A stretch of 64,000 nt of DNA from Candidatus Hydrogenedentota bacterium (GTDB lineage Bacteria > Hydrogenedentota > Hydrogenedentia > Hydrogenedentales > CAILVY01): positions 206 to 64,205 of the forward strand of contig JAKQOG010000048.1 in the NCBI GenBank assembly GCA_029565395.1. Reading direction: 5' to 3'. Below the pieces are notes generated by a model. The model saw only the letters and a program-made list of their open reading frames with translations. It had not been told where the DNA came from and did no database searches. Position 1 is the stretch's first letter. Every line of letters begins with the position of its first letter. The position numbers were made by a program, and so were the translations under genes. Shown here piece after piece: positions 17,133 to 26,800 of this stretch.

Positions 17133-18545
17133 GTGGCTAAGGTACACTGCGGCATAGATTTCGGGACTTCCAACTCCAGTGTGGCGGTCGCCGACAGCCA
17201 TGGGGTTCGTGTACTGGAACTTGATCCTTTGAACGACGCCCCAGCCTCTTTGCCCTCGCTCCTGTATATTACCAGCGATGGGGAGCCGATTGTGGGCCGT
17301 GCCGCTGCGGCAGCTTTTATCGAACGGAATGTCGACCGGGAAGTACTCCTGCGCCAAGTGGATCTCGGGATTGCCATCGAAGGTTACGTAGGGTCGGAAC
17401 CGGATAAAAGCGAAACCTACCGCCCTGGCGTTATCGATCCTAATCTCCGGGAAGCGGTCCGCGCCCGCGCCGTGATTGAGGTGAACTCCCCGGGCCGTCT
17501 CTTTCAATCCTTGAAAACCCTCCTCCGCCATATTGCCTTCAAAGGAACGGAAGTCTTTGGCACCACCTATCAAATTGAGGAGCTCGTCGCCATTCTCCTG
17601 CGCCGTCTGAAAGCCGCCGCCGACGAGGCCGCAGGCGAATCCGTTGAACGTGTGGTGCTGGGGCGGCCGGTACAATTTTCGGAGCGCGCCGATGAAAATG
17701 AAATTGCCGAACGGCGTCTCTACACCGCCGCCCAACTTGCCGGATTCAAGGATATAGTCTTTTTTTATGAACCCGTCGGCGCGTGCGTGGAATACGCCAT
17801 GGCCACTGACCGGCCCCAGCGGCTCATGGTTGTGGATATCGGCGGCGGCACCTGTGATGTGTGCATTATGGAATTTGGCTCCGCGCATAATGTGGCGGAA
17901 CGCCTGGCCGAAAGCCGCATCCTGAGCGTAGCGGGCATCCCCGTTGCCGGCGATGCTATCGACCGGGAGATTATCCGCGACAAATTATTCCCTATTTTTG
18001 GAAGCCGTGCACGCTACGGCCCCTCCCAATTGCCCATGCCGCAGTATCTTTATAACAACATTCTCGACTGGCAAAACCTGTACAAACTGAACAACGAGGA
18101 AACCATCAACTGGCTCTTGGCCGCCGAAGCCTCCTGCAATTATCCCGAAGGACTGCGCGCGCTCCGGCTCCTCATTCAACGGAACTACGGCTATCCCGTG
18201 GCCCGCGAGGTTGAAGCCGCCAAAAAGCGCCTCTCTTCCTTGCTCGAAACAGACATCGATCTCCAAATGGATGCCTTGCACATTCAGGAACGGCTCGAAC
18301 GAACCGAATTTGCACACATTATTGAGCATACCCTCGAAAAAATGCTCCATAGTATCGAAGCGGCGGAACGGCTTGCGGATGTTACCCCGCAGAACATCGA
18401 TTTTGTGTTGACTACCGGCGGGACCAGCCTTATTCCCGCCATCCGCGCCATGCTCGAGGAACGCTTTGGACCCGGCCGAATCAAACAACGCGATACCTTC
18501 ACGAGCGTCGCCACCGGCTTGGCGATTGTCGCACAATTCTCGTAA
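17133..18545 (+). CDS. Hsp70-family (actin-like ATPase) protein, YegD/HscC-like
   Basis: GTG start with an AAGGTG RBS. The N-terminus GIDFGTSNSSVAV is the Hsp70 phosphate-1 motif. VVDIGGGTCDV is phosphate-2, and there is a later TGGTS motif. Confidence 0.7.
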   Translation: MAKVHCGIDFGTSNSSVAVADSHGVRVLELDPLNDAPASLPSLLYITSDGEPIVGRAAAAAFIERNVDREVLLRQVDLGIAIEGYVGSEPDKSETYRPGVIDPNLREAVRARAVIEVNSPGRLFQSLKTLLRHIAFKGTEVFGTTYQIEELVAILLRRLKAAADEAAGESVERVVLGRPVQFSERADENEIAERRLYTAAQLAGFKDIVFFYEPVGACVEYAMATDRPQRLMVVDIGGGTCDVCIMEFGSAHNVAERLAESRILSVAGIPVAGDAIDREIIRDKLFPIFGSRARYGPSQLPMPQYLYNNILDWQNLYKLNNEETINWLLAAEASCNYPEGLRALRLLIQRNYGYPVAREVEAAKKRLSSLLETDIDLQMDALHIQERLERTEFAHIIEHTLEKMLHSIEAAERLADVTPQNIDFVLTTGGTSLIPAIRAMLEERFGPGRIKQRDTFTSVATGLAIVAQFS

Positions 18546-18588
18546 TGAAGCGCTTTCGTGCTACTCTGGTTGAAAAGACAACGTTGCC

Positions 18589-18981
18589 ATGGCATACCGG
18601 ATTCTCGACATAGCCTTCTTCCTCTTTCACTCCGCCTTCATCCTGTTTGTACTGACAGGTTGGATCTGGAAACGAACGCAGATACTCCATCTTGCCGCCT
18701 GCCTGCTCACCGCCTTGTCTTGGTTTGGACTTGGATTCTGGTATGGTTTCGGCTATTGCCCCTGCACCGACTGGCATTGGAAAGTCCGTGAACACCTCGG
18801 CTATACGGACATGCCGCAATCCTACATAAAATTCTTGATTGACGCGCCAACCGGCCTCGCTACCCCGGCCGCCTGGGTGGACGGAATAACCGTCGTACTC
18901 TTTTTTCTTGCCACCCTCCTTTCCCTGTGGGTGAACTTCCGCCACATGCGTCTATTTCGGAAAAAGCTTGACAGTAATTAG
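18589..18981 (+). CDS. Small integral membrane protein, possibly DUF2784 family
   Basis: There are four hydrophobic segments. The CPCTDWHWKVREHLGY motif resembles the CPLT..E..LR signature I recall for DUF2784. Assignment is by memory only. Confidence 0.4.
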   Translation: MAYRILDIAFFLFHSAFILFVLTGWIWKRTQILHLAACLLTALSWFGLGFWYGFGYCPCTDWHWKVREHLGYTDMPQSYIKFLIDAPTGLATPAAWVDGITVVLFFLATLLSLWVNFRHMRLFRKKLDSN

Positions 18982-19068
18982 AGTACACATTTATAGTTAT
19001 GACGCCGGAAGTTGCGGCCTGTGGGATAGTACAACCAGCATGATGTGCAGTGCAGAAGGGGATAATGC

Positions 19069-20508
19069 ATGCCGATGCAGGAAGGCGATGCCGCCAAGAC
19101 AGAAGGGAATGCTGCCGCACCAGAACTGAAACCGTTTCAGTTTCTGGTAAGCGATGACCGCATGACCTTGTTTATTGATGGGGAGGTTTCCGCGGAAACG
19201 CTGGACCGGCTTATCTCGGATGTATGCACGGAACTTGTTAAAATAGGCATTGGCGGCGGCGGCGCCCTTTCTGAAGCCGCGCGCCGGTTGCGGGAGGCCG
19301 TTCCCTTGGGTCCAGTGCTTTCCCATTATACCTTGCTTGAAGGAAGACGCCCGATTCCCCCCAAGGAAGCCGAAATTGTCTGGTCCGATGAATATTTCAA
19401 AACAGGATTCGTAGTTGATCCGGTCACGGGCGCCGTGGATTACCGGAAACGCGCGGGGCGGCAATCCGTGGCCGAAGGCGAACATCTTGCTACAATGATT
19501 CCCGCTCAACCGGGGGAGGACGGCTGCGATGTATACGGAAAAACCGTTCCCGCGCTCAAACCCAGACAATTCCGTGTCCGGGCCGGGGCCAATGTCCGGT
19601 TTGATGAAGAGGAAGGCAAATACTATGCCACCAGAGACGGCCGTATCCGGTATGTGGGCAATGTGCTCTCCGTGGACGATGTCTATACCATCACCGGCAG
19701 CGTCGATCTGAAAACCGGCAATATAAAACATCCCGGTGCACTGGTGATCTCGAAAAATATCGAGCCGGAATTCACTGTCGAGGCCTTGGGCGATATCGAA
19801 GTTAATGGTTATGTGCAAAACGCGGCCGTCACCACCAAAGGCAGCCTGATTGTGCATGGCGGCATTACCGGCGGTCCGAAAAGCCGGATCAAAGTGGATG
19901 GGAACATCCAGGCGAAATTCCTCCAGAGCGTGGAAATAGAGGCCGGGGGGGATGTTATCGTGGAGCACGAAATTGATCAATGCGTGATTAAATCCCGGGG
20001 AGCCGTAAAAGTCCCGCATGGCCGGATTGTCGGCGGTGTTATCATTGCTCTCGGCGGTGTTGAAATCGGCCAGGTTGGCAGCGAGGCCTATATCCGCACC
20101 GAGATTACCGCCGGAGAAGACTATTCGCTGAAGGCCATAGTGAGCGTCAAGGAAAGCGAATTGGAATCTCAGCGGAAGAGCCTTGCCAAAATCGCGGAAC
20201 GGCTCGCCCCGTTAAAGGAGCGAAGCAAATCCTTGCCCCCCAAACTTCGTGAAATGGCCACGATTCTGCTCAATGAGGCCACGAAAGTGAATGATTCCAT
20301 CCGGCAAATTGACGAGGAACTGGAGAGAGTACGTGAAGATTCCCGCTCCCGCATGCTTAAGGAAATCGTGATCCACAAGGAAATCTTCCCCGACGCGCTG
20401 TTCACCCTCCCCCCGCTCAACATGCCCATCAAGACCAGAGTCACGGGGCCCATTAAAATCGTAATCCGTGAAGGCGACATTGTCATGATCGCCAGCCATG
20501 CAAAATAA
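19069..20508 (+). CDS. FapA/DUF342-family protein (beta-solenoid, flagellar-assembly-protein-A-like)
   Basis: It has the typical ~480-aa length. A repetitive beta-helix core reads ...VNGYVQNAAVTTKGSLIVHGGITGG..IKVDGNIQAKFLQSVEIEAGGDVIV...GGVIIALGGVEIG. The C-terminus is a charged coiled coil. Confidence 0.55.
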   Translation: MPMQEGDAAKTEGNAAAPELKPFQFLVSDDRMTLFIDGEVSAETLDRLISDVCTELVKIGIGGGGALSEAARRLREAVPLGPVLSHYTLLEGRRPIPPKEAEIVWSDEYFKTGFVVDPVTGAVDYRKRAGRQSVAEGEHLATMIPAQPGEDGCDVYGKTVPALKPRQFRVRAGANVRFDEEEGKYYATRDGRIRYVGNVLSVDDVYTITGSVDLKTGNIKHPGALVISKNIEPEFTVEALGDIEVNGYVQNAAVTTKGSLIVHGGITGGPKSRIKVDGNIQAKFLQSVEIEAGGDVIVEHEIDQCVIKSRGAVKVPHGRIVGGVIIALGGVEIGQVGSEAYIRTEITAGEDYSLKAIVSVKESELESQRKSLAKIAERLAPLKERSKSLPPKLREMATILLNEATKVNDSIRQIDEELERVREDSRSRMLKEIVIHKEIFPDALFTLPPLNMPIKTRVTGPIKIVIREGDIVMIASHAK

Positions 20509-20639
20509 TCAGCACGGCTATTTTTAGTGTATCCTGCCAGAGCCCTCCATGACTGTCTGGGGTTGTCCTTATTCTTGCGCCTGTCCCAGGGCGGGTATTA
20601 TTATTCTCAAGGAATTCCAACAACGATGCGAGGCGCACA

Positions 20640-22178
20640 ATGAAACTCCGCAGAAAAAAACCGGCTCCACATGTAACCCTGATCCAATCCACGGCGCTTG
20701 TGCTTTTGCGCGTCGCCATTGGCTGGCACTTCCTGTACGAAGGCATTTCCAAACTCCTTACGCCAGGTTGGTCCGCCGAAGGCTATCTCCGCGGCTCCCG
20801 CTGGATATTCGCCGAGACCTTCACCAAAATGGCGTCGGATCCCACCCAGCTCTTTGTCGTCAATCAACTCAATAAATGGGGCCTCATGCTGATCGGACTG
20901 TGTCTCGTGCTGGGCCTTTTCTCCCGTCTTGTCAGTTTGCTTGGCGCGGTGCTTGTGTTGTTTTATTACGCCGCGTATCCCCCCTTGTTTCTTGGTGACT
21001 TCGGAACGGTGCGCGAGGGAAGTTATCTCATCGTGGACAAGAACCTTGTCGAGATCCTTGCCCTATGCGTGCTGATGCTCTTCCCCACGGGCCGGTATGC
21101 CGGATTGGACAGCTTCCTCGCCCGCAGAAAAAAGACAGCGGCAGTAGTTCCGGTAATATCGGGCCCGGCAGGCATGGCGCCCATGAGTCCGCCGCCGCCC
21201 GCGCCGGATCGGCGTGCATTTGTTCAAGGCATCGCCACGTTGCCATTCATGGTGGCCTTCGGCGCGGCCTTGGTCCGCAAGCGCTCTTTAATCAGCCATG
21301 AAGAAAAGGATCTTGTGGACGCGGTGAGCAGCGCCACGATAAAAACATTCAACTTTGCATCGCTTAAGGATCTGAAGGGCGAGATTCCCAAGGCGGCTAT
21401 CGGCTCCAAGCAGTTCAGCCGCGTGATTCTCGGAGGCAACCTGATAGGCGGCTGGGCCCATGCCCGTGATCTGATCTATGTGTCCAAGCTGGTCAAGGCC
21501 TATCACCATCGCGACAAGATTTTTGAAACCTTTATGCTTGCGGAGCAGTGCGGCATCAACGCTATTTTGACCAATCCCATCCTGTGCGGAACCATTAACG
21601 AATACTGGCGGCAAGGACTGGGCAAAATTCAATTTATCTCCGATTGTGGCGGCGAGGATTTGCTCGAGCGCGTCACACAGTCCATCGACAAAGGCGCGGC
21701 CGCCTGCTATGTACAGGGCGCTACCGCGGACCGGCTCGCCGCGGAGGGCAAGTTCGATCTCATTGCGCAGGCCCTCGACCGTATCCGCGCGAATGGGTTG
21801 CCCGCGGGCATTGGCGGCCATGATGTCATCACCGTCCGCGCCTGTGCGGATAAAGGGCTGAAGCCCGATTTCTGGATGAAAACAGTGCACCCGAAAACGT
21901 ATTGGTCCGCGCGGCATCCCGAAGAAAACGACAATGTCTTTTGCAAGGAACCGGAGGAGACCATCGCCTTCATGAAGGACCGGCAGGAACCCTGGATCGC
22001 TTTCAAGATCCTGGCGGCGGGCGCCATCGACCCGAAAGAGGGATTCCGCTACGCCTTCGAGAATGGCGCGGACTTTATCTGTGTCGGTATGTACGACTTT
22101 CAAATGGTCGAGAATGCCAACCTTGCATTGGAATTGCTCAACGGCAACCTTACGCGGCCGCGCCGCTGGAGCGCGTAA
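20640..22178 (+). CDS. DoxX-family membrane domain fused to an uncharacterized ~300-aa C-terminal domain
   Basis: The N-terminus LLRVAIGWHFLYEGISKL plus 3-4 TM segments looks DoxX-like. A Pro-rich linker and a further TM follow. I could not assign the C-terminal domain. Confidence 0.55.
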   Translation: MKLRRKKPAPHVTLIQSTALVLLRVAIGWHFLYEGISKLLTPGWSAEGYLRGSRWIFAETFTKMASDPTQLFVVNQLNKWGLMLIGLCLVLGLFSRLVSLLGAVLVLFYYAAYPPLFLGDFGTVREGSYLIVDKNLVEILALCVLMLFPTGRYAGLDSFLARRKKTAAVVPVISGPAGMAPMSPPPPAPDRRAFVQGIATLPFMVAFGAALVRKRSLISHEEKDLVDAVSSATIKTFNFASLKDLKGEIPKAAIGSKQFSRVILGGNLIGGWAHARDLIYVSKLVKAYHHRDKIFETFMLAEQCGINAILTNPILCGTINEYWRQGLGKIQFISDCGGEDLLERVTQSIDKGAAACYVQGATADRLAAEGKFDLIAQALDRIRANGLPAGIGGHDVITVRACADKGLKPDFWMKTVHPKTYWSARHPEENDNVFCKEPEETIAFMKDRQEPWIAFKILAAGAIDPKEGFRYAFENGADFICVGMYDFQMVENANLALELLNGNLTRPRRWSA

Positions 22179-22256
22179 TCTTCGGAAGTTGAAAGGACAT
22201 CGTAGCTACTTCCGGTAGGACGATGTATCCAGATCATGGCCTTGTGTTTCGGGATC

Positions 22257-22300
22257 CGGGGTCCGGGATCCGGGGTCCGGACCCCGGATCCCGGACCCCG
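22257..22300. terminator. Perfect 44-nt GC-rich palindrome, a bidirectional terminator between convergent genes
   Basis: ccgggg tccgggatccggggtccgg | accccggatcccggaccccgg forms a 22-bp perfect stem centred at 22278/22279. It is built from two copies of cgggatccggggtc and their reverse complement. It sits between the stop at 22178 (+) and the stop at 22303 (-). Confidence 0.6.
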
Positions 22301-22302
22301 TT

Positions 22303-23694
22303 CTAATCTTCCGGCCTTTCATGTCCCGGCGACATCTTCACCAAGCGCGGGAAAAACCGGGCGAGTTTTTCCACCAGGTCCTCTTGGCTGCGCATGACGT
22401 CGTCGATGTCTTTATAGACCATCGGGACTTCGTCGAGTCCTGCTTCCATTAGGGTGACACCGCGGTCTTTCAGTATTTTCGCGGCCTCTTTCCAGGAGAA
22501 TGTTTTTTTTGCTTGTGTGCGGCTCATTACGCGGCCCGCGCCGTGCGAGGCGGAATTCAAGGATTCCGGATTGCCTTTGCCGCGCACGACGTATGCAGGG
22601 GTGGCCATCGAACCGGGGATGATGCCCAGCATTCCTTTCCCGGCGGGGGTTGCACCCTTGCGATGCACGATCACCGTTTCGCCGTCGTGCATTTCCTTCC
22701 ATGCAAAATTGTGGTGGTTCTCGATATCGAGCAGCACGCGCACGCCCAAGTGCTGGGCGATGTGCCGGTGGATGCAGGCATGATTCGCCGCGGCATATTC
22801 ACCCATGAGTTGCATCGCCGCCCAATATTCCTGACCTTCATGCCGGTCCATGTCCAACCACGCAAGATGATGGAGTTCGCGCGGCAATTCCGGATGCTGC
22901 CGCTGCGCGGTTTTGCTGTAATGTTCGCAGACCAGCGCGCCCGTGCCCCGGCTGCCGCTGTGCGTGAGCAGGGCAAGATACGCGCCTGGCGCCAAGCCAA
23001 GATCCTGGGAGAAGATCTCCAGCGTGCCGAATTCCACAAAATGGTTGCCGCTGCCGCTTGTACCAAGCTGCGACCACGCCTTGTCCTTGTGTTCGCGTGT
23101 TACGGGCGACACGGCCCAATCGCGATCCATCACGGGATGTGAGCGGCGGTTTTGGAAACACGATCCCACGCCGAAGCGCGTTTCCTTATCTATCGCGGTT
23201 TTGAGCAGGTCCTCGTGTTTGTCCAGCGTGTTCACCGGCAGATCCAACACGGACATTTTCATCCGGCAGGCAATGTCCACGCCCACGGCGAAAGGGATCA
23301 CCGCATTGCGCGTGGCCAGCACCCCTCCGATGGGCAGGCCATAACCCACATGCGCGTCGGGCATGAGCGCGCCTTTCATTGAAATCGGCAGCGAACACGC
23401 ATTCTCCATCTGCTGGATCGATTTCGGATCCAAATCGCGGCCCCACTGACGGTATGGCGCGAGATGTGAAGGATGCAGCGCGCCCGCCGCGGGATGCGGT
23501 CCTGCCAGCGATACCGCCAACTCGCCAAATGTGGCGTCCATCGTGTGCGCCCCCGGATTGCGCAACAGAATCCGCAGATGCTTCCGGATGTGCTTTGCAT
23601 GCAGGCCCGATTGCGCCGCGCGCTGAATGGTCCGCCGCGCCACCTCCATCGCGTGCGCCGGCACGCCCATTTGTGTCAATTCTTTATCCTTCAT
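22303..23694 (-). CDS. rtcB: RNA-splicing ligase RtcB
   Basis: Motifs seen are SGSRGTG, NHAGAGR-like SASHGAGRVMSR, HNFAW and MPDAHVGYG, all characteristic of RtcB metal-binding and GMP-His sites. Length is 463 aa. Confidence 0.8.
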   Translation of the reverse strand: MKDKELTQMGVPAHAMEVARRTIQRAAQSGLHAKHIRKHLRILLRNPGAHTMDATFGELAVSLAGPHPAAGALHPSHLAPYRQWGRDLDPKSIQQMENACSLPISMKGALMPDAHVGYGLPIGGVLATRNAVIPFAVGVDIACRMKMSVLDLPVNTLDKHEDLLKTAIDKETRFGVGSCFQNRRSHPVMDRDWAVSPVTREHKDKAWSQLGTSGSGNHFVEFGTLEIFSQDLGLAPGAYLALLTHSGSRGTGALVCEHYSKTAQRQHPELPRELHHLAWLDMDRHEGQEYWAAMQLMGEYAAANHACIHRHIAQHLGVRVLLDIENHHNFAWKEMHDGETVIVHRKGATPAGKGMLGIIPGSMATPAYVVRGKGNPESLNSASHGAGRVMSRTQAKKTFSWKEAAKILKDRGVTLMEAGLDEVPMVYKDIDDVMRSQEDLVEKLARFFPRLVKMSPGHERPED

Positions 23695-23843
23695 TTTTCA
23701 CCATTTTCTGAGTTCGGGCCCTATAGTTCCGGACGGCCTTCTTTCTATCATGAACACCACAAACGGCACAATCTACTTCCGGGTGGGAGATTTTTTGCGG
23801 AAGTGCAATCTGTTTAGGTTCAGAGGTTTGTTTTTGGGGACAA

Positions 23844-26800
23844 TCAAAGCCCCGGGCAGAATCCGTCTTCGGTGCCTTCGCCGGGGCAGTAGTGATACCC
23901 GCCGGAATTGAAGAACTGGATCACGCGCAGCAATTCGGACAAGCTGATGTGCCAGTCTTGGGCATTGTAATCGCTATCATATGGCGCACAACTTGTATCG
24001 CCCGGACCGGGCGCGTAGCCGTCTTCCGTGCCCGCTTCACAATGGAATCCGTCTGAATTGAAGAATTGGATTACACGGAGCAGTTCCGAAAGGTTGATAA
24101 AACCATCCTGGTCTTGATCGGGCGTCAGATATCCGTCTTCGCCTTCTCCTTCCTCGCCACCTTCTTCTCCCCCTTCGCCTTCAGCAATACCCTCTTCTCC
24201 TCCTTCACCCTCTGGGGCGCCTTCGCCTTCTTCCACGCCTTCGGCCTGACCCTCCTCCGGCGAACCTTCGGAGGGCACGCCTTCAGTTTCTCCTTCTTCC
24301 ACGGCCCCTTCTCCTTCCTCTCCGCCTGGAACAGGGTATGGCGCACTGAAGACGGATGTGTTGCCGTCACTGGCCGTAGCCGTGGCGGTGATGTTCATTC
24401 CGGCATAGGGTGTTATGTCCACATCTAAATGGAAATTTCCGGAGCCATCCGACGAAGCCGCGCCGAGAAAAATGCGGCCTTCATCCTCATCATCCGCGAA
24501 TGCTTCAATCGTGGCCAATGCAATGCTTGTGCCGTCGATGGAACCCAATGCAGTAATGACCGGGGCCGGAACATTGTTATTGGCGCCTGGGAGCAATTCT
24601 ATGCCCAAGCCGCCATTTGAATAGATGGAGTTGCCCGAAATACGAACATACAAAACAGTTTCCTCGAGATACACGCCTGCGGCATAATTAAAAGCAATCG
24701 TATTGCCTTCTCCGGGGGTGGTTCCACCGATTGTATTGTCCTCGGCATGCCAACCCGCTTGCACACCCCAACTCTGCGGATTCCCGGAGGGCGCGCCGGT
24801 TCCCAGGGCATTCGGTCCAATCCAATTGCCCTGTACCTTATTCCCTGTTACATTCGCTCCCATTAGCCGGACACCACAACTCCCGTTGCCGGAGATTAGG
24901 TTCCGCCACCAGGAAAGTCCGCCGCCGATGAGATTGTTGGTGGCTTCTTCAACAATCGACACTCCTGCAAGCTCGTTGGCGATCGCCATCATGCCACTGG
25001 CATCCGTGCCGATATAATTGCCTTGCACGGCGCAATCATGCCCATCCACTCCGGAGATCCGAATGCCGTAAAAGCACCCGGAGATAATATTGCGGTAGCC
25101 TATGTTTTCCCCGCCGATCTGGGTTTGCGGCGCCATTACGTCAATCCCCGTGGCATACTGCACGGCCAAGGCGGACGCTCCATCTTTGTCCAAGCCAATA
25201 TAATTCCCGTAAATCATGTTGCCCATGCCGGCGGCGCCATCGATCAGAATTTCACCTCCGCCGGCATTGCCTGCAATGATATTGCCGCTTGTCTCCGATT
25301 CCCCGCCGATCACGTTACCCGGAGAACCATTAATCCAGACGCCATAATACCCATTGCCCATCGCCGCCATGCCCGTGGCGTCCACCCCAATGTAGTTTCC
25401 TAAAATTTCCGTGGCGGTGGCGGAGGAACCAACATGGACCCCCGCTGAGCTGTTGCCGGAAATAATATTGCCACTGAGTCCGTCTCCCCCGCCGATGATA
25501 GTGCCTGAACCATCGGCCACATATATGCCCACGGCGTTTGGCATGCTGGAGGTTCCATCGGTGCCGAGCGTGCATTCCGCGACCGTGTTATTGTTGCCGC
25601 TGATGTTCACACCCGCATAGGGGAAATTCACAATCCCAAGGCCACGCACTTCATTTCCGTCCGAGAGCAGCACAAGACCGTTGTCCGAACCGGAGAGGCC
25701 CGACCCATCTAGAACTATTTGGCCGGCCCCATTAATAACCGTAGGGGCTGAGCTGTCATTCAGCGCCGGGAGCGCCGAACTGAGCGTTATCGTGACGGTT
25801 TTCGACAGATCGAAGACGATTGTGTTTTCGCCGGTCATGGCATTAGCCTGCTCTATGGCCGCTCGAAGCGTATGCGGGCCGCTGTCGCCGGAGTCCGTCA
25901 CGGTGATTGTGGCATCAAAAAAGATGGCCGCGGGCGCGCTGAAGGCGGACGTGCAACCGGTGGTGGTGTCCGTGGCCAGGGCGGTGACATTCAGTCCGTT
26001 ATAGGGCAATAAATCCACATCCACATGAAAATCGCCGGTGTCTTCGGCTATGGCCGTCCCGATAAACAAGCGCCCTTCGTCTGCTTCATCAACGAAGACA
26101 TCCACCAGCGCATAGGGGGGCGCGGTTCCATCCACCGAACCGAGCGTGGTGATAACCGGCGCGGCGATATCGCCGTTGGTTCCGGGATCAAGCACAATGC
26201 CCTCTTCCGTATTGTCATGTATGGAATTGCGGAGAATGCTGATCCCGGTGCTTCCATCGCGAACCCATACGCCTTTGCTTCCATTGAACGCAATGATGTT
26301 GGCGGCGCCGTCTTCCGCGCCGCCGATAACATTCTGACTTGCGTGGTCGGTCAAATACACGCCTATGGAACCATTGGGCAACGGATTACTTCCCGAAACA
26401 TCGCACCCGATTTTGTTCCCCTTTACCACATTGTTGGCCGTATCCGTGGTGAAGATGATAATTCCAAAATTACTGTTGCCGGAAATCAGATTTCCCGCAC
26501 CTGCGGCAGTGCCGCCAATCATGCACATTTGGGCGCCTGATTCCACCGCCACCCCTGACCGGTTTGGAACCGATAGCATGCCGCTGATGTCCGTGCCGAT
26601 ATAATTCCCTTGAAGGAAATTGCTGGAGGAAACAAGATCAATGCCTTCTTCCGAATTGCCTGATATCAGATTCCCATGCCCCGCCACCCCGTCGCCAATG
26701 TGATTGCCGCTGGACCCTGAGTCCACCACGATCCCGTTTTGCCCGTTGGCTAGCGAGGCTGTCCCTTCCCGGTTTGTGCCGATGCGGTTTCCGAAAACGC

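Noticed and set aside
17127-17888. 253-aa minus ORF and 17985-18536 minus ORF
   Set aside because: Both are antisense to the Hsp70-like gene, whose ATPase motifs are on the plus strand.
18997-20019. 340-aa minus ORF
   Set aside because: It is antisense to the FapA/DUF342 gene and has no motif or RBS.
21288-22103. 271-aa minus ORF
   Set aside because: It is antisense to the DoxX-fusion gene. The minus strand here would run into the RtcB-side palindrome without a start context.
22513-23142. 209-aa plus ORF inside rtcB
   Set aside because: RtcB signature motifs are unambiguous on the minus strand.
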